NCBI GenBank assembly: GCA_964247135.1
Contig: CAXTTL010000001.1
Coordinates: 37,887 to 101,886, forward strand
Reading direction: 5' to 3'
Length of the DNA: 64,000 bases
Origin: an uncultured Deinococcales bacterium
GTDB taxonomy: Bacteria > Deinococcota > Deinococci > Deinococcales > JAAFIG01
The number at the start of each line of letters is the position of its first letter. Position 1 is the stretch's first letter. Below are positions 1 through 8,924 of this stretch, in pieces. The position numbers and the translations under genes were made by a program. The notes below the pieces were generated by a model. It was given only the letters and a program-made list of their open reading frames with translations. It made no database searches and was not told the origin of the DNA.

Positions 1-1102
1 AAACCGCCAGCGTCGGCATAAAGCTTCACTGCGCCTTCTGTGCCAAGATACTCGAGGAACTTGCCCGCCGCGTCTTTCTTGGTGCTGGCTTTGTTCAACC
101 CGATGCCGAGGCTGTGGACATGGGTTTTATGTCCTTTGGCTCCGGCTGGCATTGGCGCAAGGGCAACCTTGTCAAACACCAGCGGTGATTTTTCCTTGTC
201 CGAAAGCTCGTTGAAGGCGGCGCTCCATTGAAGCATCACCGCCACCTGACCGGTGCGGAAGGCTTCGTTCGCCTCGGCGTACTCGTAATTGGTTGCGCCT
301 GGTGGCACGGCTTTGTTCTGAGCAATCGTGGTGTAAACCGCCAGCCCTTTACGCGCCGCGTTGGAATTGATGGTCGGTTTGCCTTGGGCGTTAAACAAAT
401 CGCCACCATAACTGACCAGGGTGCTTTGCCAGATCATGATGTTAAAGAGCAAATTTTTCATCTGCAATGCCGCGCCGTAAGTGGTTGGCGAATCTGGATT
501 GAGCGATTTGGTGAAAAACAATGACACGGCAATAAAATCGTCCCAAGTCCAGTTCTCTGGGTCTTTGGGTTTCATGGTCTTGCCAAGGATGTTTTTTGAA
601 ATCTCGCCGTAACGTTTTTGCCAAGCCGCATCGGTCAAGAGTTTCTGCGTCAAGTCCTTGCGATAGTAGGTAAAATGATTGCTGACATCGGTCGGCACAC
701 CGTACTGTTTGCCGCCAAAATTTAAGGAGCTGACCGCCGAGGGCAAGAATCCCGCAATCGCGGTTTTGTTCAAATAACCGTCAACCGGTGCAAGATAGGG
801 CGCGTAGCGACCCAGCGTGTAGGTCGTGATCAAGCCCAGATCAAACTCGCTCGAGCCTGCCGCCAAATCCGTCTCTTCTTTCTCAAAATAACCTTGCCTC
901 GAAAAGAGAATCTGTTTGACACTGACCCCGTCTTTTGTGCCCGCGCCCTTGTTGTACCCATCCAGGACTTTCTGCATGGCTTCACTTTCAGGACCGGGCT
1001 AGACAATAAGGTGACCTCGGTTGGGCTTTGTGCCCTCGAGAAGCCAATGGCAAGCATGAGACCAATGGCGACAGATACGCCTGCAACAAGCTGTTTCCTC
1101 AT
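1..1102 (-). pseudogene. Sugar-type ABC extracellular solute-binding protein (family 1); 3' end off-window; apparent 1-nt frameshift between signal peptide and mature domain
   Basis: The minus-strand frame is open from ~998 to the window edge and reads like a family-1 SBP (PGPESEAMQKVLDGYNKGAG...GKQYGVPTDVSNHFTYYRKD...VMLQWSAAFNEL...GIGLNKASTKKDAAGKFLEYLG). A signal-peptide N-terminus (MRKQLVAGVSVAIGLMLAIGFSRAQSPTEVTLLS) with a GGAGGAG RBS starts at 1102 but lies in another frame. A TAG (plus-strand cta 999-1001) closes the mature-domain frame just upstream of PGPESEA. Confidence 0.55.
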
Positions 1103-1442
1103 CTTTACTCCTCCTTGTCCAGACCGGTCTAACCGGATTGCTGGTGTCAGAAATTGCATCGCGCACAAGGGAATGATCCCCAATGCCAGAGGGTTGCTTG
1201 GTTTGGAAAGTTCAATGGCTGTGACGTGTCAAAAAGTCAGTCGAATAAAGACACTGCGGCAAGAAGTTGACTATCTAACACATATTAACATGTTTTAACA
1301 CGAAGAGCGCAATGCTGACCATTGAGCTGGGATTTTGTCATGACTTGAATCCAACAAATTCCAGTGCCTCCCCACATGACTCGAGAAACGCAATACACTC
1401 AAATCCGCAACATCAATAAAAGTCGGCAACCATCGCAAGCCA

Positions 1443-2516
1443 TCAGCTTGGCTCGAGCGCAACATATTCGGTATCGTACTTGAAGTATGCAGGTCCAACC
1501 AACTCGAGTCCGGCTGGACTGCGCCACTGTGGGTCGCAAGGCATTCCAATGACCGCCACGCGAAAACCGTAACGCAAGACTTCGGTGGTGATCGGTTCGC
1601 CCGTGTCAAGGTCGAGCATGGCGATCAGATCGGGGGTGCTGGCAACCGCTTGACCGCCCTGTTCGGCGAGCAAGAATTCGTTTTGAAAAAAAACTTTCAG
1701 GCTTTGACCCGCATTCGCATCAAACCCCATCAAGCTGGCTTCACCTCGAGCAAAACCGCCCTCGGTGCGGCGCAAGACATCGCCGACCTTGCCATGAAAC
1801 AAACGTGTGCCGTGCGTCACCTCGAGCACCGCCTGAACGGGATCGTGGCGTTTGGCTCGAGCCTCAAAAATCGCTTGACCGATGCGTTCGATCAAACTGA
1901 GCGTGCCGTGAATCGTGGCGCGTTTGACCTGAGCGCCAGTCATTGGATAGAGCACCACGGTGGCGCCGCCGCCCATGTCCACCACCACCGAACGGGCAAA
2001 ACGTTCTGTCCATTTGTTGTCAATGGTGTTGACCACCAGACTGTTGCCTTTTTCGTCTGCCATGACCATCGGGCTGGCTTGAATGCCGTGCAATGTGGGT
2101 AAAACCATTTGAAGTTCTGGGAAAGCGCGTCCCATCGCGTCGCAATCCACCAAGGGCAAACCCAGAATCGAGGCGACACTGAACGGAATTGTGGAGTTGA
2201 GTCCACCCGCCTCAATGCACATCACGGCTCGAGCGGACTTGCCAAGGTACGCCTCGAGCGCCCTGAACGCCAAGATCGGCTCGTCGCCTTTGGGCAGTTT
2301 TTCGACGATCACCGTCGGTGCGCCCATCATGGCAACGGGCACGACCAGATCATCATCCTCGAGTTCGCTGACTTCAATCAGTTTGACCGCCCCATGACGC
2401 TCGAGGTTGCTTTGCGCCCAGACCTTGCCGACATAAGGATCGCCGCCGCCGCCCGTGCCGAGAACCGCGCCACCCAAAGCGATGGCTTCCATGTGATAGG
2501 CTTGAATCAAGCGCAT
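1443..2516 (-). CDS. DUF917 family protein (hydantoinase-associated)
   Basis: Track ORF 1443..2552. I moved the start to ATG 2516 (MRLIQAYHMEAIALGG...), which has a GAGGGGGA RBS and sits 1 nt after the upstream stop. The motifs GTGGGGDPY, CIEAGGLNS and DCDAMGRAFPE match my memory of DUF917, which typically partners hydantoinase-like genes. Not searched. Confidence 0.7.
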   Translation of the reverse strand: MRLIQAYHMEAIALGGAVLGTGGGGDPYVGKVWAQSNLERHGAVKLIEVSELEDDDLVVPVAMMGAPTVIVEKLPKGDEPILAFRALEAYLGKSARAVMCIEAGGLNSTIPFSVASILGLPLVDCDAMGRAFPELQMVLPTLHGIQASPMVMADEKGNSLVVNTIDNKWTERFARSVVVDMGGGATVVLYPMTGAQVKRATIHGTLSLIERIGQAIFEARAKRHDPVQAVLEVTHGTRLFHGKVGDVLRRTEGGFARGEASLMGFDANAGQSLKVFFQNEFLLAEQGGQAVASTPDLIAMLDLDTGEPITTEVLRYGFRVAVIGMPCDPQWRSPAGLELVGPAYFKYDTEYVALEPS

Positions 2517-2517
2517 T

Positions 2518-4056
2518 TCAAATCCCCCTCTTGAGGCTCTCGAGGTCGCCAACGACCTTGACGCGAATGCGGGTGGCGTTGCCGGGCAGGTAACTCAAGG
2601 GCACGTCTTCGATCTCGACGACCTCGAGCGAATCAGGTTTTGCCCCCGCAGCGACCGCCCGTTTCTTGGCTTCAATGGTGGCTTCCTCAAGCGCCGCCTC
2701 GCGGCTGATCTGCTCGAACAAATAGACTTTCTCGAGTTCGCCACTGACTTGTGCAATGGCAGCCCCAACCGCGTTGGCAGCCGCAAAATGATTTGGGCGG
2801 ATGGTCTCGAGGTCGCCCACTTTGCCGCGCACCAGTACCACGCCACCACCGACCAAAATCACTGGAATTGGGACGGCGGTCAAACGCACGCGGTCTACGG
2901 CGGCAAGAATTTTTGTTTGGATGGCGCTAACGGTGGCTTCGACCATGCTCGGCTCGAGCGTTGAAACCTTGCTCGAGTCGCCAATCTGCGCCAGTCCTGC
3001 CGCCACCGCAATGTCGGTGGCAGTCAGGGTTTGACCGCCGAACACCAAGGCTTGTTGCTCGAGTTGATAACCGACACTTTGCGGTCCGATTTCTGTGCCT
3101 TTGATAAGCGAGCCGCCCCCCAAACCGATGCTGTAAACATCGGGCATTCTGAAATTCGTGCGAACCCCGCCAACCTCGACCGCGACACCCGCCTGACGTG
3201 GGAAGCCTTGCACCAAAGCGCCAACGTCGGTGGTTGTGCCGCCAATGTCCACCACCACCGCTTCTTTGAGTTTGGATAAAAACGCCGCGCCGCGCATCGA
3301 GTTGGTTGGTCCGCTGGCAACCGTCAAAATCGGAAAGTTCTCGGCTCGAGCCGCAGGCATCAATGTGCCGTCGTTTTGGGTCAGAAAGAACGGGGCATCA
3401 ATGCCAGCTTGCTCGAGTGCATCGGCAAAAGCCTGCGCGATTTTCTTGCCCAAAGGTTGCAGCGCCGCATTCAAGATCGTGGCGTTTTCACGCTCGAGAA
3501 ACCCCACACGCCCGATAGTGTGTGACAAGGTGATTTTGGCATTGGAAACATGCTCGGCAATGATCTTGCCCGCTTGTTCCTCGAGGTCGTAATTGATGGG
3601 CGAGAATACCGAGGTGATCGCCACGCTGCTCAAACCCCTGGCGTTGATCTCCTGGGCGATGCTCGAGATTTCGTTTGGGTCAAAAATCGAAATTGGGCGA
3701 CCATCGAACTCGTTGCCGCCTTTGGCAAAAAACATGTGCTCGCCAATGCAAGCCTTTAAATCTTCAGACCAGGCGGTCATCGGCGGAATCGCCAAAGTCG
3801 CAGGTGCGCCAAGACGAATGATGGCGACCTGAGCCAGCTCGCGGCGTTGCACGATGGCATTGGTAAAATGCGTCGTGCCGATCATCACGGCATCCACGGC
3901 AGGCTTTGCGCCCTCGAACAAACTTCGCAGCGCCTCGAGCACCCCCGAGGTCACGTCCTGGGTGGTGGGGGTTTTGATGGTGCGGATGACATCAAAACCA
4001 TCCAGCAGCGCGGCATCGGTGTTGGTTCCGCCAACGTCTATCCCGACTCGAATCAT
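2518..4056 (-). CDS. Hydantoinase/oxoprolinase-family protein (HyuA-like, ASKHA fold), short form
   Basis: 512-aa ORF. The N-terminus MIRVGIDVGGTNTDAALL and a second phosphate loop VVVDIGGTTTDVG are typical of hydantoinase A/oxoprolinase-type ATPases. It is adjacent to and coupled with the DUF917 gene. Confidence 0.8.
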   Translation of the reverse strand: MIRVGIDVGGTNTDAALLDGFDVIRTIKTPTTQDVTSGVLEALRSLFEGAKPAVDAVMIGTTHFTNAIVQRRELAQVAIIRLGAPATLAIPPMTAWSEDLKACIGEHMFFAKGGNEFDGRPISIFDPNEISSIAQEINARGLSSVAITSVFSPINYDLEEQAGKIIAEHVSNAKITLSHTIGRVGFLERENATILNAALQPLGKKIAQAFADALEQAGIDAPFFLTQNDGTLMPAARAENFPILTVASGPTNSMRGAAFLSKLKEAVVVDIGGTTTDVGALVQGFPRQAGVAVEVGGVRTNFRMPDVYSIGLGGGSLIKGTEIGPQSVGYQLEQQALVFGGQTLTATDIAVAAGLAQIGDSSKVSTLEPSMVEATVSAIQTKILAAVDRVRLTAVPIPVILVGGGVVLVRGKVGDLETIRPNHFAAANAVGAAIAQVSGELEKVYLFEQISREAALEEATIEAKKRAVAAGAKPDSLEVVEIEDVPLSYLPGNATRIRVKVVGDLESLKRGI

Positions 4057-4217
4057 GATGCTCCCTTCTGGGGTGAGGCACAGATTAAATGAGGCTCGAG
4101 CTTATCAAACAGCAAAATCAAATCCGTTTGAGACCAATTCAAAACCATTGACAGATCAAATTTTCTTCACTATTGTTAACAAAATTAGATGGCAATAACA
4201 AGACCCCAGAGGCGAAC

Positions 4218-4754
4218 ATGGATGTCGGAAAAGCGATTCGAGCCAGGCGCAGACAGCTCGATTTAACCTTGGCTCAACTCTCGACGCGCTCTGGCTTGTC
4301 CTCGGCGTTCCTGTCTCAAGTCGAACGCAACTTGGCGGGGCTTTCGGTGACATCGCTCAAACAAATCGCCCAAGGCTTGGAAGTCAGCATGAGTTACTTT
4401 CTGGCAATCGAAGAAGCCGACGAACCCGTGCATTCGATTCACGCGCCACACTTTTTTTCGATTAATGGCTCAAACCTGCGTTACGCAAGGCTTGGTTCGA
4501 CCACCAACGACCGCGAACTCGAGCCGCTGTTCGTGGTCTTGCCACCCAAATATGCTTCCGAAGCCTTTCACCATGCGGGCGAAGAATTTGTGTTTGTGAT
4601 CAAAGGTCAGATTACCGTGCAGGTCGGCAAGAAAAAACACCATCTCAAAGCTGGCGACACCGTGCATTACAAATCTGGCATTCGTCATTTGTGGCGCAAC
4701 GACAGCAACGAAGAGGTTCAGGTTTTAACGGTCAACACCCCGCCATTGTTTTAA
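4218..4754 (+). CDS. XRE-family HTH transcriptional regulator with C-terminal cupin domain
   Basis: The HTH is LTLAQLSTRSGLSSAFLSQVERN and the cupin is GEEFVFVIKGQITVQVGKKKHHLKAGDTVHYKSGIRHLWRN. I preferred the ATG at 4218 (MDVGKAIRARR) over the track start 4173. The gene is divergent from the HyuA-like/DUF917 operon. Confidence 0.85.
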   Translation: MDVGKAIRARRRQLDLTLAQLSTRSGLSSAFLSQVERNLAGLSVTSLKQIAQGLEVSMSYFLAIEEADEPVHSIHAPHFFSINGSNLRYARLGSTTNDRELEPLFVVLPPKYASEAFHHAGEEFVFVIKGQITVQVGKKKHHLKAGDTVHYKSGIRHLWRNDSNEEVQVLTVNTPPLF

Positions 4755-4766
4755 ACCCCAGGAGGT

Positions 4767-5156
4767 TTGAATGACACAACACTTGGTGAAACCGTGAAAG
4801 TCTTCCCACTCGAGTACCCCGAACGCCCACTGCAAGTCCTCGATCAACTCGAGCTGCCCGCCGAAGCCAGCGCTTCGTTAAGAATGGGCACCGCCAAAGT
4901 TCAAAAAGGCGATTGGATACCCCCAGCGGGATACTCGAGCCACGAGCAACACGAGGTTTCGGTGCTGTTAAAAGGACAACTCGAGATTGAGGTGGGCGGG
5001 CAAACCACCGCGCTCAAACACGGCGAGGTCGTGATGATTCCCGCCCTTGAAGCCCACCGTACCTACGCACTCGAGGATTCAGAACTGATCTGGTTCTGGT
5101 TTGGAAATGCCACAACAAGCGCCCCTGGCGCGAGCGGTAAAGGAGGAGCGGTATGA
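4767..5156 (+). CDS. Cupin domain protein (start uncertain)
   Basis: 129-aa ORF with a two-motif cupin pattern (HEQHEVSVLLKGQLEIEVGG ... GEVVMIPALEAHRTYAL). The track start is a TTG only 1-2 nt after AGGAGG, so the real start may be the internal GTG (~4794). Its stop overlaps the start of the next gene (ATGA). Confidence 0.55.
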   Translation: MNDTTLGETVKVFPLEYPERPLQVLDQLELPAEASASLRMGTAKVQKGDWIPPAGYSSHEQHEVSVLLKGQLEIEVGGQTTALKHGEVVMIPALEAHRTYALEDSELIWFWFGNATTSAPGASGKGGAV

Positions 5157-6766
5157 AGAAAGAACTGGTGGTTCTCGGGCTGTGCATGGTGGCGGCAGTC
5201 GGTATGGCGTTGACGCAATCTCTTGGACAAGGACAGCGCATCCTGCGGCTTGACAATGCCGCACCCGCCGAACTCGATCCGCACATTGGCAATGATTACT
5301 CGGCATCGGTGCTGGCGTACAACGTTTACGATACACTGGTGATGCCAGACCCAGACAACGGGGTGAAACCATCCGTTGCCACCAAATGGACCGTTTCCAA
5401 CGGCGGCAAACGTTTTACCTTCACCTTGCGTCCGAACGTTAAATTTCACGATGGCAGCACACTCGAGGCAAGCGATGTGGTTTTCAGTTACGAGCGCACC
5501 AAAGCCGTGGATCAGGGGTTTTCTTACCTCTTCCAAGGCTGGGTGACTGGCGTCAAAGCCGTCGGCAAAACGGTGGTGCAATTTGACCTTTCAGGCACGT
5601 ATGCACCCTTCCTCTCGACCTTGGTGCGCCTGCCCATCGTCAACAAAGACCTGGTGTTAAAGAACAAAAAAGACGGCAAGTTCGGCGCGAACGGCGATTA
5701 CGGACAAGCCTTCCTCTCGGGCAACGACGCGGGTTCGGGCGCATACCGCGTGACCCAACACAACCCGCAAACCCTGACGGTACTCGAGAAATTCAAAGAT
5801 TACTTCCTGGGCTTTAATCCCAAAGCCCCAGATGTCGTGCGCCAACTGTACAGCGTCGAATCTGCCACGATGCGCACCCTGATGGCACGCAAAGAACACG
5901 AAATCTCGAGCCAATGGCATCCGCAAGAAGTCCTCAAAGCCCTGGCAACTCAACCAGGCATCAGCCTGATTACCGAAGGCAGCGGCGGGTCGCTCATGTT
6001 TAAACTCAACACCCAACGCGCCCCAACCGACGACGTGAACTTCCGCAAAGCGATGGCGCTCGCCTTTGATTACAGCGAACTGGTTTCCGCATTAAAAGTC
6101 ACCGATAAAATCTCGGCAGGTGTTGCCGCTCGAGGTCCTATCGCCGCGAGCTTGCCAGGGTTTGATAAAGCTTTGGTCGCGCCAAAACGCAACTTGGATG
6201 CCGCCAAAGCCGCCCTCGCCAAATCCAAGTACGCCAACCAACTCGACAAAGCCGTGGTGGACATGGTTTGGGTCGCCGAAGCGCCGTTTGAAGAAAAAAT
6301 GGCGCTGTTGATGCAACAAAACCTGGGCGAGATTGGCATCAAAGTCAACCTCACCAAACTCCCCTGGGCAACACTCACCGAACGCTTCGTCAAAGCCGAC
6401 CAAACACCCAACACCTACCCGCTCTTCACCGGGCTTTCCTACCCAGACCCAGACGGACTCTTGTACGTGATGTACTCGAGCAAAGCCGCAGGCACCTTCT
6501 GGAGTTCGAGTTGGGTCAAAGATGCCGAGATCGACAAAGCCCTCGATGATGCCCGCCGGCTCAGCGACGTGAGCAAACGCATGGACTTGTACAAAAAAGT
6601 TCAAGAACGCCTGGTTGGAATGCAATCGGATATTTACGCCTACGACAACTTGGCGGTGTTCGCCAAACAAGATTACGTCAAAGTCCCGACGCTCGAGAAT
6701 GAAGGGCAGAGCGTGTCCACGATTGGGGCGAACTGGTTGTTCAGGTTGATTGAAGTCAACAACTGA
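5153..6766 (+). CDS. ABC transporter substrate-binding protein, family 5 (peptide/nickel/opine type)
   Basis: 537 aa with a signal peptide (MKKELVVLGLCMVAAVGMALTQS) and an AAGGAGGAG RBS. The family-5 SBP-like sequence reads LDPHIGNDYSASVLAYNVYDTLV ... FHDGSTLEASDVVFSYER. It is followed by Dpp-type permease and ATPase genes. Confidence 0.9.
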   Translation: MKKELVVLGLCMVAAVGMALTQSLGQGQRILRLDNAAPAELDPHIGNDYSASVLAYNVYDTLVMPDPDNGVKPSVATKWTVSNGGKRFTFTLRPNVKFHDGSTLEASDVVFSYERTKAVDQGFSYLFQGWVTGVKAVGKTVVQFDLSGTYAPFLSTLVRLPIVNKDLVLKNKKDGKFGANGDYGQAFLSGNDAGSGAYRVTQHNPQTLTVLEKFKDYFLGFNPKAPDVVRQLYSVESATMRTLMARKEHEISSQWHPQEVLKALATQPGISLITEGSGGSLMFKLNTQRAPTDDVNFRKAMALAFDYSELVSALKVTDKISAGVAARGPIAASLPGFDKALVAPKRNLDAAKAALAKSKYANQLDKAVVDMVWVAEAPFEEKMALLMQQNLGEIGIKVNLTKLPWATLTERFVKADQTPNTYPLFTGLSYPDPDGLLYVMYSSKAAGTFWSSSWVKDAEIDKALDDARRLSDVSKRMDLYKKVQERLVGMQSDIYAYDNLAVFAKQDYVKVPTLENEGQSVSTIGANWLFRLIEVNN

Positions 6767-6812
6767 TTGAAATGGGGTGGCTCGAGGGATTGGTTTCTCG
6801 AGCCACCTTTTG

Positions 6813-6876
6813 GGGGGCGGTGCGGTTATTGGTGGTGGGATTGTTGGCGGTGCGCTCGAGAGCGCACCCTACGGGG
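6813..6876. repeat. Left arm of RAYT unit (G/T-rich tract + REP hairpin GGTGCGCTCGAGAGCGCACC + CCTACGGGG tail)
   Basis: Read directly from the sequence. The 9-bp inverted repeat GGTGCGCTC/GAGCGCACC is centred at ~6859. The same hairpin recurs at 7743-7762, 9848-9867, 10094-10113, 13296-13315 and 13484-13503. Confidence 0.85.
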
Positions 6877-7116
6877 TGGGCGGGGCATGTGAATGGTTTT
6901 AATGTGGTTCATTCTGAATTAATAAATTGATCCCCAAAAAATACGCATACGACTCGAGATTCATGTATTCCTCGAGATTACGTCCGAGAGATTACAAAAT
7001 CACAGTTGAAGGTTTTGCTCGACTTGTAAATTTATGGATTTTCAAATTGATAAAAAAATCTATTTCGTTTCGTTCGCATTCATTCACAACGTATTACACA
7101 CATCGACCAGTCACCT

Positions 7117-7656
7117 TCATCCCACAAATTTCTCTTCAACCCTCAAACCCTCGCGCCAATCTTCTGGGTATACCCCTTGCGAAACACACCGATGAAACGT
7201 ACTCCACTCCCAATCCCTGACCTTCGAGACCAACCCATGCTTGACCGGGTTGTAATGAACGTAATCCATGCAGCGTTCAAAATTGGCATCATCCCGAACT
7301 TGATGCTCCCAAAACCGCCTCTGCCAAATGCTCGTTTCGCGTCGCGCCACCCGAGACGCGCTCAACCTCGAGTCGTTCCTGATTTCTGGCAGGGCTTTGC
7401 TGCACAATTGCTTGATCATGTTCCAACGCAAGCTGAAATTGGTGTCATCTTCGGGCAGTGTCCAAATGGTGTGCAGGTGGTCGGGCAGCAACACCCAAGC
7501 ATCAATCGTGAACGGATGATGGCTTCGGGTGCGCGTCACCGCCTCGCGCAGCGCTGCCCGAAATGCAGGCTCGAGCAAAATGGGTTGCCGTTGATGCGTG
7601 ACCACCGTGAAAAAAAACGTGCCGCCAGGGGCATTGGCGCGGCGATAATTCGGCAT
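7117..7656 (-). CDS. rayT: REP-associated tyrosine transposase (RAYT; Y1 HUH transposase, IS200/IS605 superfamily)
   Basis: The N-terminus [23 protein letters not shown] is RAYT-typical. The HUH motif is [10 protein letters not shown] and the catalytic Tyr block is [13 protein letters not shown] preferred the start at 7656 over the track start 7707. REP hairpins flank the gene in inverted orientation. Confidence 0.85.
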   Translation of the reverse strand: MPNYRRANAPGGTFFFTVVTHQRQPILLEPAFRAALREAVTRTRSHHPFTIDAWVLLPDHLHTIWTLPEDDTNFSLRWNMIKQLCSKALPEIRNDSRLSASRVARRETSIWQRRFWEHQVRDDANFERCMDYVHYNPVKHGLVSKVRDWEWSTFHRCVSQGVYPEDWREGLRVEEKFVG

Positions 7657-7733
7657 GGCTCGAGTATAAGATTTTGGGATGTTCGTGCATGTGATATATC
7701 CGCACACCGATTTCCCGCAATTTTATCCCGATC

Positions 7734-7798
7734 CCCCGTAGGGTGCGCTCTCGAGCGCACCGCCAACAATCCCACCACCAATAACCACACCGCCCCCC
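7734..7798. repeat. Right arm of RAYT unit (inverted copy of 6813-6876)
   Basis: The sequence is CCCCGTAGGGTGCGCTCTCGAGCGCACCGCCAACAATCCCACCACCAATAACCACACCGCCCCCC. It is the reverse complement of the left arm except for one position (A vs G in ...AATAACC[A/G]CACC...). Confidence 0.85.
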
Positions 7799-7892
7799 AT
7801 CTCGAGCACACCCCCAAAACATCCAATTTCCACATGTTCCCACGCTTTCAAGACCGTCAATCACCCGCATCCCCCATTCAGGTACACCCCTG

Positions 7893-8924
7893 ATGCTCAC
7901 CTTCCTGACCTACATCGCCCGTCGCCTGTTCTCCTCCATTGTCGTGCTCATCGGCGTTTCAATCCTGGTTTTCGTGATCGCTCGAGTCATCCCTGGCGAC
8001 CCCGCCCGCATCGCCCTTGGTCCAATGGCATCACAAGAATCCATCAAGAATTTGCGCTTCGAGTTGTACCTGGATCGCCCTTTGCCTTTGCAGTACCTCG
8101 AGTTTGTGCGGCGTTTACTCAAGGGTGATCTTGGCACGAGTTTGTACACGCGGCGCGCGGTCACGGCAGACCTCGAGCAGTTTTTCCCAGCCACCCTCGA
8201 GTTGGTACTGGCGAGTGGTTTGTTGATGGTGGTGTTTGGTTTGCCTTTGGGGGTGCTGGCGGCGCGGTATCGCAATCGCTTGCCCGACAACGTGGCTCGA
8301 GTCTTTGCGATTCTTGGGGTGGTCACCCCCAATTTTGTCTGGGCAATTTTTTTGATCTTGATGTTTGCCTATTGGGTGGCGATTCTGCCCGTGGCTGGGC
8401 AACAATCGGATACGTTTTTGCTGCCGAAGAAAATCACAGGTTTTTTGATGCTTGATTCGATTTTGACGGGGCAATGGGCAATGTTCTGGGATGCGCTGAG
8501 GCATTTGATCTTGCCTGCGGCGGCGCTGGCGTTTGCGGGTTTGGGGCAGACCGCACGCCTGACTCGAGCGAACATGCTCGATTCTTACGGCAAGCCTTAC
8601 ATCGAGATGGCTCGAGCTTTTGGCATCAGTGAACTCGAGATTGCCACCAAGTACGCGCTGCGTCCCGCACTCATTCCGACGCTGACCATTTTAGGGCTTG
8701 ATTTTGCCGCGATGCTTGGCGGGGCGTTTTTGGTCGAGGCGGTCTTCAACTGGCCCGGCATGGCGCGTTACGCCGTGCAAGCGATTTTGCACAAAGACCT
8801 GAACGCGATTGTCGGCACGACCCTGGTGATCGCGGTGTTCTTTTTACTGGTCAACATCGTGGTGGATTTGATCGTTGGTTACGTCAACCCTCGGATTCGT
8901 TTTCACGAGGAGGCTCGAGGATGA
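7893..8924 (+). CDS. ABC transporter permease (DppB/OppB-like)
   Basis: 343 aa and multi-TM. The N-terminus MLTFLTYIARRLFSSIVVLIGVSILVFVIARVIPGDP is typical of DppB-type permeases. Its stop overlaps the next permease start (8921). Confidence 0.9.
   Translation: MLTFLTYIARRLFSSIVVLIGVSILVFVIARVIPGDPARIALGPMASQESIKNLRFELYLDRPLPLQYLEFVRRLLKGDLGTSLYTRRAVTADLEQFFPATLELVLASGLLMVVFGLPLGVLAARYRNRLPDNVARVFAILGVVTPNFVWAIFLILMFAYWVAILPVAGQQSDTFLLPKKITGFLMLDSILTGQWAMFWDALRHLILPAAALAFAGLGQTARLTRANMLDSYGKPYIEMARAFGISELEIATKYALRPALIPTLTILGLDFAAMLGGAFLVEAVFNWPGMARYAVQAILHKDLNAIVGTTLVIAVFFLLVNIVVDLIVGYVNPRIRFHEEARG

Larger units (their letters stand above)
6813..7798. mobile_element. RAYT unit: REP-associated tyrosine transposase gene bracketed by ~65-bp near-perfect inverted arms
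   Basis: Left arm 6813-6876 (GGGGGGCGGTGCGGTTATTGGTGGTGGGATTGTTGGCGGTGCGCTCGAGAGCGCACCCTACGGGG) is the reverse complement of right arm 7734-7798, with one mismatch by my alignment. The interior holds an AT-rich tract with CTCGAGATT motifs and the RAYT ORF. The unit sits in the SBP-permease intergenic gap. Confidence 0.8.
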
